Source: Fidelibacterota bacterium (lineage in GTDB: Bacteria > Fidelibacterota > Marinisomatia > Marinisomatales > TCS56). From it: DNA of 21,124 bases. Shown in pieces: positions 1 through 8,439 of the stretch (positions are counted from its first letter, which is position 1; the number at the start of each line of letters is the position of its first letter). The notes beneath the pieces were generated by a model, which was not told the origin of the DNA, did no database searches, and was given only the letters and a program-made list of their open reading frames with translations. The stretch is taken from positions 1-21,124 of the forward strand of contig JBDRBK010000123.1 in assembly GCA_043822705.1 (NCBI GenBank), given 5' to 3'. Both the position numbers and the translations under genes were made by a program.

Positions 1-357
1 ACGATCAAACTGGGCCCGTTCATCGGCATCACCATGGAAGGACTGATCGTCGAGCTGGTCCTGCTGGGTGGCGGCGTCGGTCGCCCCGGCTACCTGCTGG
101 CCGGCGTGCTGGTGGGGCTGTACCCGCTGGTGCAGACGGTGGTTACCAAATCGATCCTGTTCGGCGCCAGTTTCGTCCCGGTGATCCTGGAGACCGCCCA
201 GGGATTTTCCGAGTCCGTGGGCCTGGCCCTGGGCTGGTGGCTGCTGGCCCTGTACATTCTCATTCACCTGCTGTTCGGACTGGTCGCCGCCCTGACGGCC
301 TGGCTGGTTCGCGGGCGGATCCGGCTGGCGCTGGCGGATGGCAAGACTGCTGCGTAA
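1..357 (+). CDS. Integral membrane protein, 5'-truncated by the window edge (possibly ECF S-component-like)
   Basis: The frame is open from base 1 (TIKLGPFIGITMEGLIVELVLL...), so the ATG at 34 is probably internal. It has several hydrophobic segments and overlaps the start of the next gene. Confidence 0.6.
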   Translation, partial: TIKLGPFIGITMEGLIVELVLLGGGVGRPGYLLAGVLVGLYPLVQTVVTKSILFGASFVPVILETAQGFSESVGLALGWWLLALYILIHLLFGLVAALTAWLVRGRIRLALADGKTAA

Positions 358-1462
358 ATCCAAACGTTGGCTGGCGGCCCTGGTCATTCTGGCCGGACTG
401 ATCGGGCTGCGAGCCGCGCCCCTGCCGATTGCCATCGCCGCCACAGTTGTGGCCGGACTGACCTACCCGGCGGCGCTGCGGCCCCTGAAAAGCATTACCT
501 TCTGGTTCGCCATCGGTCTGCTGGTGATCATCGTACCCATCTTCGCCGGCGTACAGGACCGCACGATCCTGTGGTTCGACTACAGCAGTGACAAGCTGGC
601 CCAGACCTGGCTGATGGCCCTGCGCGGAATCGTGGTATTCCTGCTGATCCAGGTCTTGACCGTGAATCTGGACAGCGAAAAATTCGCCCGACGCCTGTCA
701 AAACTGGGCAACAGGAATTTTGTGACCCTCTACGAATTATCGCGGGAAATCATCCCCAACGCCCGCCATATTCTCAATACCCGCCTGAAAAAGCAGCGCC
801 GGTTTTCCATCGGCAGCCTCCGGCCCGGTGCGCTGCTGAACCTGATCAGCCAGGTTTTTGTCGACCTGATCCACCTGGCCGAGCGCCTGACCCAAACCCA
901 CCAGCCGCGACTGCGGCACGACCCGACACAGGTGGTGGTTAAAATCGCTGGCGAAATGATGCCGGTTCTGATCGTTGTGACCGGTGAGCCCGGGACCGGC
1001 AAATCGACCTGGCTGCGGGAATTATGCGCCGAGCTGGCCCGGCGGACGATTGCCGTCGGTGGCGTGCTCACGACGCGGGAATATGTTTCGGAATCGACCT
1101 GGAACCTGGTTTTGACCGATATCGCCGGCGGCGAGCGGCGGCTGGCCGCCACGATGGAACCGCACGAACGCGCCCTGCAAACCGAACATTATTATTTCGA
1201 CTCGGCGGCGCTGGACTGGGGTTCGCAACGGCTGGCTACAGCGGCAGCGGACTGGCTGATCGTGGACGAGGTCGGTATTTTCGAATTCAATCTCCAGGGT
1301 TTTTTCCCGGCGCTGAAACAGCTTTCCGGCCAGTTTTCCGGGGTGCTGGTGCTGTCGTTGAGGAAATCGCTGCTGGTGGAACTGGACGATTTTCTGGCGG
1401 CGCACCTGCCTGATTTACATTCCTGGCAGCGCTGGTTCGTGGTCCTGGATGAAGCGGACTGA
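338..1462 (+). CDS. Fusion of an N-terminal membrane domain (loosely CbiQ/ECF-T-like) and a C-terminal THEP1/DUF2478-type P-loop NTPase
   Basis: The first ~110 aa are hydrophobic. The C-terminal domain has Walker A VVTGEPGTGKST, VGGVLT and Walker B LIVDEVGIFE, typical of THEP1/NTPase_1/DUF2478 proteins. Confidence 0.7.
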   Translation: MARLLRKSKRWLAALVILAGLIGLRAAPLPIAIAATVVAGLTYPAALRPLKSITFWFAIGLLVIIVPIFAGVQDRTILWFDYSSDKLAQTWLMALRGIVVFLLIQVLTVNLDSEKFARRLSKLGNRNFVTLYELSREIIPNARHILNTRLKKQRRFSIGSLRPGALLNLISQVFVDLIHLAERLTQTHQPRLRHDPTQVVVKIAGEMMPVLIVVTGEPGTGKSTWLRELCAELARRTIAVGGVLTTREYVSESTWNLVLTDIAGGERRLAATMEPHERALQTEHYYFDSAALDWGSQRLATAAADWLIVDEVGIFEFNLQGFFPALKQLSGQFSGVLVLSLRKSLLVELDDFLAAHLPDLHSWQRWFVVLDEAD

Positions 1463-1988
1463 GCCGGCCTATATCCTCACCGGCGGCCGCAGCCGGCGCT
1501 TCGGCAGTCCCAAGTGCATCGCCGAAATTGACGGTATCCCGATGCTGGAAATTGTTGCCGCCAATCTACAGGAAATATTTACGGACATTTATCAGGTAGG
1601 CAAGCAGGCCTATGGCGAACTGCCGTTCGTGGCGGACATACGCCCGGACCAGAACCCGCTCACCGGCATTGTATCGGCTCTGCGGCACTGCCCCGACGAC
1701 TGGGCCTTGATCATCGCCTGCGATTTGCCGAAAGTGGACGGGTTGGTGCTGGAAAAATTGGCGGGCGAGCTGTCGGACGAATACCAGATTATCCTGCCGG
1801 AGGTGGGCGGCTACCGGCAGTATACCTGTGCTTTTTACAAAAAATCGTTGTTGCCGCTGTTAGAGGAAAAACTGGCTACTGCCGACCCGGCCCTGCACCG
1901 GATCGTGGAAGCGGTGCGGTATAAATCAGTTCAGTTCAGTGCTGCGGATAAATTTTTGAATGTGAATCGGGTGGGGGATTTGGGGTGA
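1449..1988 (+). CDS. mobA: Molybdenum cofactor guanylyltransferase
   Basis: Motifs ILTGGRSRRFGSPK, PLTGIVSAL, IACDLP and C-terminal FLNVN; 179 aa. Confidence 0.9.
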   Translation: MKRTEPAYILTGGRSRRFGSPKCIAEIDGIPMLEIVAANLQEIFTDIYQVGKQAYGELPFVADIRPDQNPLTGIVSALRHCPDDWALIIACDLPKVDGLVLEKLAGELSDEYQIILPEVGGYRQYTCAFYKKSLLPLLEEKLATADPALHRIVEAVRYKSVQFSAADKFLNVNRVGDLG

Positions 1989-1998
1989 GAATTATGCA

Positions 1999-2223
1999 TT
2001 AGAATAAATTGCCAAAAAGCAATATTTCATTATTGCTGTCAGTAGGAGAATGCGAATTACTCTGTTCTTGAATCTCGAGTCGTTTATAGGTTATTTGAGT
2101 TAAATCTGGTTTTTGTGCTGTAAATTTTCCTTCTTGTGTGTCAGAAATGAAATCTAGAAGAGTTTTTATGGTAGAACCATCGAAATTAATCTCAATCTTT
2201 AATGGTTTATTTATTGTTGTCAT
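1999..2223 (-). CDS. Small hypothetical protein (74 aa), coupled to the protease pseudogene
   Basis: ATGA start/stop overlap at 2220-2223 with the upstream gene, and the same AT-rich composition. Confidence 0.45.
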   Translation of the reverse strand: MTTINKPLKIEINFDGSTIKTLLDFISDTQEGKFTAQKPDLTQITYKRLEIQEQSNSHSPTDSNNEILLFGNLF

Positions 2224-3360
2224 TTGAGGGTTACTTTTCTTCTTGTCTGTGACTCAACTTGATTTTTAATGGGACTCAAATCTAATGCAAAGTTGCATCT
2301 ATCGCAAACTAGTATATCATTGCCAACAACATTTGGACTTGTTGGTAATTTTAATTTCTTAATTTCATTTGTGTCAATGTCCATATAGCCATTTACCTTA
2401 TGGTTTTTTTTACATTTTGGACATTGTATACTTAATTCAACCGCATCGATTTGTTTTTGATTCTTCCTTGTATGTTGACTAGGATTTGGTAGATGACTTC
2501 CAGCATTGATTGTGAAAGTTCTTGAAATTCTAAGGTCATCAGTGAAGAATAATTTAAATACTGATGAACCATCGAGAATTAATCGAATAACTGTTTTTAT
2601 TCTGTAAACAATATCGGATAGAGTATTGTCATCATCTATTCTTTCTATTTTTAACACATCCTTTAAATCTTCAATTTTTAATGATCTCCCATGCGTTCTC
2701 CAAGTAGTATGATTACAAAACATCTCGGCGACTTCTTGCGCTCGATGTTCTTTTATTGCTTTTGTTACCGGTTTTTTATTTGATTCGGTGACGGTCCAAT
2801 TTTTGAATTTATACTTTTCTAACCAACACTTAACCAAATCTTTTGCAAATTCCAAGGAATTAATAATTCCATATAATTCACCGGGTGATATTTGAGCTAC
2901 CATTACAGCATCAAAGGGGTTTAGTGAACCAGTATTTGCAGCGTCTTTTCTTTTTAAATCAACCCATTCCTTATAATCATGGGCTGATACTACCGATCTA
3001 CCAATTTTAACTTGTGCATCAATTGGCCCAAGGCTGCCAGTCTCGGTCATGTATATATTGTCTCCCGATAGCACTCATATTGTACCTGCACTTTTTGCTT
3101 CACCAGCAACAATAAAATTAACTTCCTCAAATTTCTTATGTAAGAATTTTGCAATTTCTTCTGCTGCCTCACCACTTCCACCTGGGGTTTCAATATAGAA
3201 GTCGACAATTTTGTGGTTACTTTCTCTAAGTATATCCTGAATAGTATAAAAATCATCTTGAACCAAACTAATATCAATTTCTCTGTTTTTCCCTTTATTT
3301 ATATCTGAAGCATAGATAAATAGATAACGTCCAGTGTGTTTATTGTATAAATTTATTAGA
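2220..3360 (-). pseudogene. 3' part of an SDH-family (ClpP/crotonase-fold) serine protease gene with a C-terminal Zn-ribbon; IS-interrupted, with an in-frame TGA at 3075-3077
   Basis: Motifs ETPGGSGEAAE, AKSAGTI*VLSGDNIYM, GSLGPIDAQ and THGR, then CPKC...CDRC. Track ORFs 3075..3377 and 2220..3074 are one frame separated by a single TGA. Confidence 0.85.
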
Positions 3361-3578
3361 TGCAGATTCCGGCTCAACCCTGCCAGGCATTCCGGAGTAA
3401 ACCTGCCACCTGTTCCGGGTGAAGCCTGCCACCCATTCCGGCCGAAAGTTGACCATTTTTCGACCTTTTTTCCGGAACGGCTGGCAACTATGACCGGAAT
3501 GCAACCAAACAGCGTTCATATTTTCCATAAAGACGGCCCAGATTCCTCGCTTGGATTAAACCTAAGCAGGAGGATGAC

Positions 3579-5126
3579 ATGGCTAACAGGAGAATACGAA
3601 TGGAGAAAATCAAAGAGATCATCAGGTTGGGGGAAGAGCTTAACTTGAGCAACCGAGCCATCGCCAGGGCGTTGAACGTTTCCCGGCCGGTAGTGGCCCA
3701 GTACCGTAATGATTTTAAGGCAACGGGACTAAACTATGTTCAGATCAAGGATAAAAGCGATCAGGGGCTGCTTGAGCTTTTAGGCCGGAATAAACGATTT
3801 AAGACCCCCCGCTATGGGGACTTGGTCAGTCAGTTTGAAGGTTATGTTAAGGAGCTGAAACGGACCGGGGTTAACCTGCAGGTACTCTGGGAGGAATATC
3901 AGCGGGAAACCCCTCGTGGGTATAGTTATTCCCAGTTCTGTTACCACTTTCAAGTCTGGCGGCAGGCCTCTCAGTTGACGATGCATATTGAACACAAGGC
4001 TGGGGATAAGCTGTTTGTGGATTTTACCGGCAAAAAGCTATTGTTAACCAATCCAAAAACGGGGGAGTTAAGTGAGGTAGAGACCTTTGTAGCGATCCTG
4101 GGCGCCAGCTTGTTGACTTATGTTGAGGCGACTGAAACTCAGCAACGGGCGGACTGGATCCGGGCCAATGAAAATGCCCTCTGGTATCTGGGCGGTGTAC
4201 CCCTTGCGATTGTCCCGGATTGTTTGAAATCGGGTGTGGTAAAGGGCAGTAAGTATGAACCGGATATTAACCTCAGGTATGGAGACTTTGCCCGGCATTA
4301 TGGCACCGTTATTCTCCCCGCCCGGCCCCACCGACCGAAGGATAAGGCGCTGGTCGAAAATGCGGTCAAGACCATCTACAGTCGTATCTTTGCTCCCTTG
4401 CGGGACCGGCGCTTTTTCACTTTGCGGGAGTTGAATCAGGCAATGTCAGAAAAGCTTGCCGAACATAACGAGCGTTACTTCCAGCGGCTTAAGATGAACC
4501 GGAGACAGCTCTTTGAAGAGCTTGAACGCCCGGTCCTAAAACCGCTGCCTAAAAAGAAGTACGAGATAAGATATTTCCAGACGGCTAAAGCCCAGTTCAA
4601 CTACCATGTTTATCTGTCTTGTGATAAGCATTATTACAGTGTGCCCTTTCAGTATCGAGGGAAACAGGTCAAGATCATCACTACCGCCTCTGGGGTGGAA
4701 ATTTATCATGACAATATCCGCCTGGCGTCTCACTTGAGGGATCGTACTGCCAACAAGTATACCACTAGCCCGGAGCACATGCCCTCACATCATCGTTTCT
4801 ACCAGGACTGGAGTCCGGGGAAAATGAAGTACTTGGCCCAGAAAGTCGGATCCTCTGTTCATCAATTAGTCGATCAGATCCTCGCCCGCCGAACCCATCC
4901 GGAACAGGCTTACAAAGTCTGTTTGGGGATCATCAACCTGGGGAAAAAATATGATCACCAACGGGTTGACCGGGCCTGTCAAAGAGCCTTGGAGTTTGAG
5001 TACTACTCCTATAAGGCGGTGAAAAACATTCTGGAGAAGGGCCTGGACCGGATCGAGGAATCCGAGCCTTCTTCAAAAAGCCTCCCCGAGCACGAAAACA
5101 TTCGGGGCAGTCGTTATTATAAGTGA
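3579..5126 (+). CDS. istA: IS21-family transposase
   Basis: N-terminal HTH; DDE motifs LFVDFTG, IVPDCLKS and DKALVENAV; YYSVP; C-terminal HENIRG..YY. Confidence 0.96.
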   Translation: MANRRIRMEKIKEIIRLGEELNLSNRAIARALNVSRPVVAQYRNDFKATGLNYVQIKDKSDQGLLELLGRNKRFKTPRYGDLVSQFEGYVKELKRTGVNLQVLWEEYQRETPRGYSYSQFCYHFQVWRQASQLTMHIEHKAGDKLFVDFTGKKLLLTNPKTGELSEVETFVAILGASLLTYVEATETQQRADWIRANENALWYLGGVPLAIVPDCLKSGVVKGSKYEPDINLRYGDFARHYGTVILPARPHRPKDKALVENAVKTIYSRIFAPLRDRRFFTLRELNQAMSEKLAEHNERYFQRLKMNRRQLFEELERPVLKPLPKKKYEIRYFQTAKAQFNYHVYLSCDKHYYSVPFQYRGKQVKIITTASGVEIYHDNIRLASHLRDRTANKYTTSPEHMPSHHRFYQDWSPGKMKYLAQKVGSSVHQLVDQILARRTHPEQAYKVCLGIINLGKKYDHQRVDRACQRALEFEYYSYKAVKNILEKGLDRIEESEPSSKSLPEHENIRGSRYYK

Positions 5127-5136
5127 GGGGGCAAGA

Positions 5137-5871
5137 ATGAATAACCAGGCCACCTTAGAGAAAATGCATCAGATGAAGTTGCATGGGATGGTGCGGGCGT
5201 TTAATACTGCTTTGGAAGCTGGTCTGAGCAACCAGTTTACGCTGGATGAGATGCTGGCGCATCTGATTGACGCGGAGTGGGATGATCGTCACAACCGGAA
5301 ACTTGAACGCCTGATCCGCCTGGCCCGGTTCCGCTACCAGGCCACCTTAGAACAGATCGATTTCACGCTCAGGCGAAACCTGGACAAAAATGCCGTCCTC
5401 CGTTTTTCTGAGGGCACTTGGGTAACCGAGAAAAAGAACATCATCATTACCGGTCCGACTGGTGTAGGCAAAAGTTTTATCGCTGTGGCCTTAGGACACC
5501 AAGCCTGTGTGTTGGGATTTAGGACCCTGTACTTCAATTGCTCCAAGCTTTTTCGCCGGCTGAAACTGCTTCAGGCGGATGGTACTTACCTAAAGGAACT
5601 GAATAAGATCCAAAACCAGGATGTGTTAATTTTGGATGATTTTGGTCTGCAGCCGCTTGAAATTCAAAGCCGGTTAATGCTGTTGGAAATCCTGGAAGAC
5701 CGACATGGTGTCAAGGCCACCGTGATTGCTTCCCAATTACCCGTTTCCAGTTGGCATGAAATTATTGGGGATAAAACCATTGCCGATGCGATCTGTGATC
5801 GCATCATTCACAATGCCTATCGAATCGAAATAGAAGGAGAATCAGTCAGGAAAAAATACCCCAATGGGTAG
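5137..5871 (+). CDS. istB: IS21-family helper AAA+ ATPase
   Basis: Walker A GPTGVGKS, Walker B LILDDFG, ADAICDRIIH and GESVR. Confidence 0.96.
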   Translation: MNNQATLEKMHQMKLHGMVRAFNTALEAGLSNQFTLDEMLAHLIDAEWDDRHNRKLERLIRLARFRYQATLEQIDFTLRRNLDKNAVLRFSEGTWVTEKKNIIITGPTGVGKSFIAVALGHQACVLGFRTLYFNCSKLFRRLKLLQADGTYLKELNKIQNQDVLILDDFGLQPLEIQSRLMLLEILEDRHGVKATVIASQLPVSSWHEIIGDKTIADAICDRIIHNAYRIEIEGESVRKKYPNG

Positions 5872-5974
5872 AGTAAAACTGCCACCTATATGTTAAATCA
5901 AATTGGAAATATGAATGCCGTTCAAGTGGTCAACTTTCAACCGGAATCAATGGCAACTTTCGCCGGAATCTGCA

Positions 5975-6050
5975 TTAGATGCTGCAATTCGTTCTGAAGA
6001 TCTAATAATCCTAATTTTCTAGTAATATACTCGTTAAGGATGCTTGCCAT
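5975..6050 (-). pseudogene. 5' fragment of the SDH-family protease gene
   Basis: The ATG at 6050 reads MASILNEYITRKLGLLDLQNELQHL. Removing the IS and one TTAGA joins it in frame to INLYNKHTGRYLFIY, giving a 1212-nt gene. Confidence 0.85.
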
Positions 6051-6124
6051 AATATTATATAATCACTTATTCACTTTGCTAATTAAGTACTATTGATAAC
6101 TGGTTAAAGATAAATCCCACAATC

Positions 6125-6244
6125 CGCCCCAAGAATAATTCCGCCCGTTCCGTCACCAGTGCAATGATTTTACGGAATAAAATGCTGATATAGAAGGGAA
6201 ATATTGGGATGTGCAGGGACAAGACATGTCATGTCCCTACGGGA
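6125..6244. repeat. ~120-bp imperfect direct repeat, copy 1, with a REP-like palindrome at 6213-6240
   Basis: CGCCCCAAGAATAATTCCGCCCGTT...TTACGGAATAAAATGCTGATAT...AGGGACAAGACAT...GTCCCT is shared with 6461-6579. Confidence 0.9.
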
Positions 6245-6367
6245 AAGATGCCGTTCTGTAGAACACTCAATACTCGTTGAATCTGGTAATATTGCATATT
6301 GGTTAGTCCCATAAGATTTTTTAAGTTATTAAAACACTAGCAGCACCGAAGATAGCATCTTCGGACC

Positions 6368-6397
6368 GACGCACCAGCAATGGTGTGTTTCTTTTAT
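6368..6397 (+). terminator. Possible intrinsic terminator
   Basis: GACGCACCA-GCAA-TGGTGTGTT stem (two G:U pairs) with a GNRA loop, followed by TCTTTTAT. Confidence 0.4.
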
Positions 6398-6460
6398 ATT
6401 CAATTTCCGATTGCTAATCATTTTTATCCCTCCCGATTTAGCAATATAAAACTAAAAATT

Positions 6461-6579
6461 CGCCCCAAGAATAATTCCGCCCGTTTAGTTACCGACGCAG
6501 TGATCTTACGGAATAAAATGCTGATATTGAAGGGAAATATTGGAATGTGTAGGGACAAGACATCATGTCCCTGCAGGGA
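6461..6579. repeat. ~120-bp imperfect direct repeat, copy 2, with a REP-like palindrome at 6549-6574
   Basis: Colinear with 6125-6244 apart from scattered substitutions and small indels. Confidence 0.9.
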
Positions 6580-6602
6580 TTGATATACTGATGCTGAATT
6601 AA

Positions 6603-7613
6603 TCAATATTCCGCGCTCAACCTGTTTTTTCTGGTTTGATAATGCGACAAATAAACTTGTTTGGTTTGATTGTTCAGAAATGATTGCTTTACCAGAATTT
6701 CGACCTGATCCGGGCTGGTCAGAAACGGTTCCAGCAATTTGTCGCGGCGCTGGTCGGATATATTCAGTCGCCTGGCAAATTCATGGAAATCCGCCAGCCC
6801 GGTCCAACCGTCTTTTTGCATCGCTTCTGACTCGAAATCATCTTTAAAGAGGCCATCTTCCAGAGCGAAGTCGGTATCATCAACATGGATTCTGGTGTTG
6901 ATCAAGTCATAAGCCGGGCTCAATGTGTAGTCACCGTTTGGTGTTTCCAGCACGGCAAAATTTTTCAGGTGGGCATCGCCATTGGAAAAAAGATAATTGA
7001 AAACGATCAGTTTGAACAGTTTTTCGATTTCCACTTTATGGGCTGGAACATAACGCACAACCAGCTCGGCCAGTTTTTCGTAGCTGTATTTGTACTTGAA
7101 ATCGGGGCCGGTATTCTCGGTGGTTTTACCGGCCAGGGAAGCAAAATCCTCCTTCCCCCGTTTTATTCCATCGGATTTTACGTCAAACCGCCGGGTGATG
7201 TAGGCAGGATCGCCATTTTCAAAGAAGATCAGGGCGTTTTCAGCCGTGGGAATGCCATAGATTTGCCGGGCGATCTGCATGGTTAAGTGTTCATTGGCAG
7301 GGACCTGATCCACCAGTTTCAGATCGCGCGGAATGGGCTTTAGGATGTAAGTACCCTGTTCGCTCTCTTCGGTGAGCCGTAATCTGTTTTTCTCAAGCAT
7401 CAGCGATACCTTTTCCTGTACTCCCGAAATGGATATGTGCTGGCGGTTTTTCAGGAATTTTTCAGCATCCTCAGCGCTGACCTGTGGCGGGTTATAGGGC
7501 AAAATATGGCTTACTTTTCTGCCGTTGAACATTCTATTCAGACAGGTGGGGCTGTAGGTGTTGAATCCTGCCGCCAGTGTCCCCGGACAAAATGCTATTT
7601 GTTGTACGCTCAT
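6603..7613 (-). CDS. hipA: HipA-family Ser/Thr kinase toxin lacking the N-terminal subdomain (HipT-like)
   Basis: Gly-rich loop ISISGVQEK, YILKP, NEHLTM, YITRRFD, catalytic NGDAHLKNF and LSPAYD. Confidence 0.92.
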   Translation of the reverse strand: MSVQQIAFCPGTLAAGFNTYSPTCLNRMFNGRKVSHILPYNPPQVSAEDAEKFLKNRQHISISGVQEKVSLMLEKNRLRLTEESEQGTYILKPIPRDLKLVDQVPANEHLTMQIARQIYGIPTAENALIFFENGDPAYITRRFDVKSDGIKRGKEDFASLAGKTTENTGPDFKYKYSYEKLAELVVRYVPAHKVEIEKLFKLIVFNYLFSNGDAHLKNFAVLETPNGDYTLSPAYDLINTRIHVDDTDFALEDGLFKDDFESEAMQKDGWTGLADFHEFARRLNISDQRRDKLLEPFLTSPDQVEILVKQSFLNNQTKQVYLSHYQTRKNRLSAEY

Positions 7614-7939
7614 TCGTTTAATACCGGTTTTACAGTGATAGCCCCAATCGTATCTTGGCTGGCAGTGGCCAGCAGTAATCCAAAATAATCAGCCTCATCG
7701 ATTTTCAGCTGACGGCATTGTAATCTCTTATTTACTCCTTCGGATAACATATTGAAGAAAAACGGGAAGAGGTGATCGGCCAGGTGGATTTGTTTTGATT
7801 TGGGCAGGGTCAGGCTGATTGCAGGCAGATTGTCATTGGCCAACCATTCATCATTATAACGAAACTCATAGTTGCGGGTGTCGTGCTGAGTCAGGATTCC
7901 GGCCAGACGCCCGTTGTGATATATTTGTGCTCTGCGCAT
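7610..7939 (-). CDS. Stand-alone HipA N-terminal domain protein (Couple_hipA, HipS-like)
   Basis: Motifs AGIL, YEFRY, AISLTLP, LFPFFFNMLSEG and DTIGAITV; 4-nt overlap with the kinase start. Confidence 0.88.
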   Translation of the reverse strand: MRRAQIYHNGRLAGILTQHDTRNYEFRYNDEWLANDNLPAISLTLPKSKQIHLADHLFPFFFNMLSEGVNKRLQCRQLKIDEADYFGLLLATASQDTIGAITVKPVLNE

Positions 7940-7942
7940 TTA

Positions 7943-8155
7943 TCACTGCTGGGGTTTTTGTACTTCCAATCGCAGTTCCATTCCCAGCACTTCCGCCAGC
8001 TTGGCCAATGTTTCAAAGGTGGGATTGCTCTGGCCGCTTTCCAGAGCTTTCAGTGTACGCAGGCCCACACCGGATAATTCTGCCAGGTGTTCCTGGGTTA
8101 CGCCCAGTGCTTTACGCCTCTTTTTCAATGTCTGGATGAGTTTTGTTAAGTGCAT
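7943..8155 (-). CDS. hipB: XRE/HipB-like HTH regulator
   Basis: KRRKALGVTQEHLAELSGVGLRTLKALESGQSNPTFETL; first gene of the hip operon. Confidence 0.88.
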   Translation of the reverse strand: MHLTKLIQTLKKRRKALGVTQEHLAELSGVGLRTLKALESGQSNPTFETLAKLAEVLGMELRLEVQKPQQ

Positions 8156-8289
8156 TAAACGGCTCTTTTGGTTGCGAATATACGTAATAATTCGATTAAT
8201 TCAAACAAAAGAGCAATATAGCGCACTTATGCCTGTTGTTACCTCCATTTGTGTTTTAAATATGGTGTAATGAGCTGTATAGTGCACTT
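8148..8289. promoter_or_regulatory. Three 18-bp putative HipB operator boxes
   Basis: GAGCAATATAGCGCACTT (8211-8228), GAGCTGTATAGTGCACTT (8272-8289) and, inverted, GAGCCGTTTAATGCACTT (8148-8165), which covers the hipB start codon. Confidence 0.65.
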
Positions 8290-8351
8290 TACGGTGTTAA
8301 TTTGCTTTTCGACCAGTATTTGCAATTTTAAAACGCTATGATCTGTTAGGG

Positions 8352-8439
8352 GAGAGAAGTGAGCCGTTGTCTGTGGTGACGGTGAGATGGCCTACAGCCT
8401 GGTGAGAAGGCCGCTGCGCGGTCGGTGAGAATAGTGAGA
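8352..8439 (+). repeat. Orphan GTGAGA array with interleaved mini-hairpins
   Basis: GTGAGA at 8382, 8402, 8425 and 8434, with variants at 8352, 8359 and 8376. Hairpins GGC-CTACA-GCC and GGCCGC-TGC-GCGGTC lie between copies. Confidence 0.65.

Larger units (their letters stand above)
3361..5974 (+). mobile_element. Complete IS21-family insertion sequence, 2614 bp
   Basis: TG...CA ends with a perfect 13-bp terminal IR (TGCAGATTCCGGC / GCCGGAATCTGCA). The 5-bp duplication TTAGA is at 3356-3360 and 5975-5979. Subterminal TTCCGG repeats lie at 3367, 3390, 3413 and 3436. It carries an istA-istB pair. Confidence 0.96.

Noticed and set aside
3075..3077. In-frame TGA as selenocysteine or recoded Trp/Gly
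   Set aside because: The position is normally a hydrophobic residue after SAGT. Other genes here use TGA as stop (mobA, istA, psrA), and the gene is already IS-disrupted.
3334..3648. ORFs 3334..3648 and 3340..3528, and the MSRNLH start of 3075..3377
   Set aside because: They cross the IS left end and are junction artefacts; the true protease start is at 6050.
6125..6579. The direct repeats as a DGR template/variable repeat pair
   Set aside because: Differences are not confined to adenines and include indels, and neither copy lies at the 3' end of a credible gene.
6380..6606. ORFs 6380..6583 (+) and 6424..6606 (-)
   Set aside because: They run across the non-coding repeat and REP palindrome and have no recognisable motifs.
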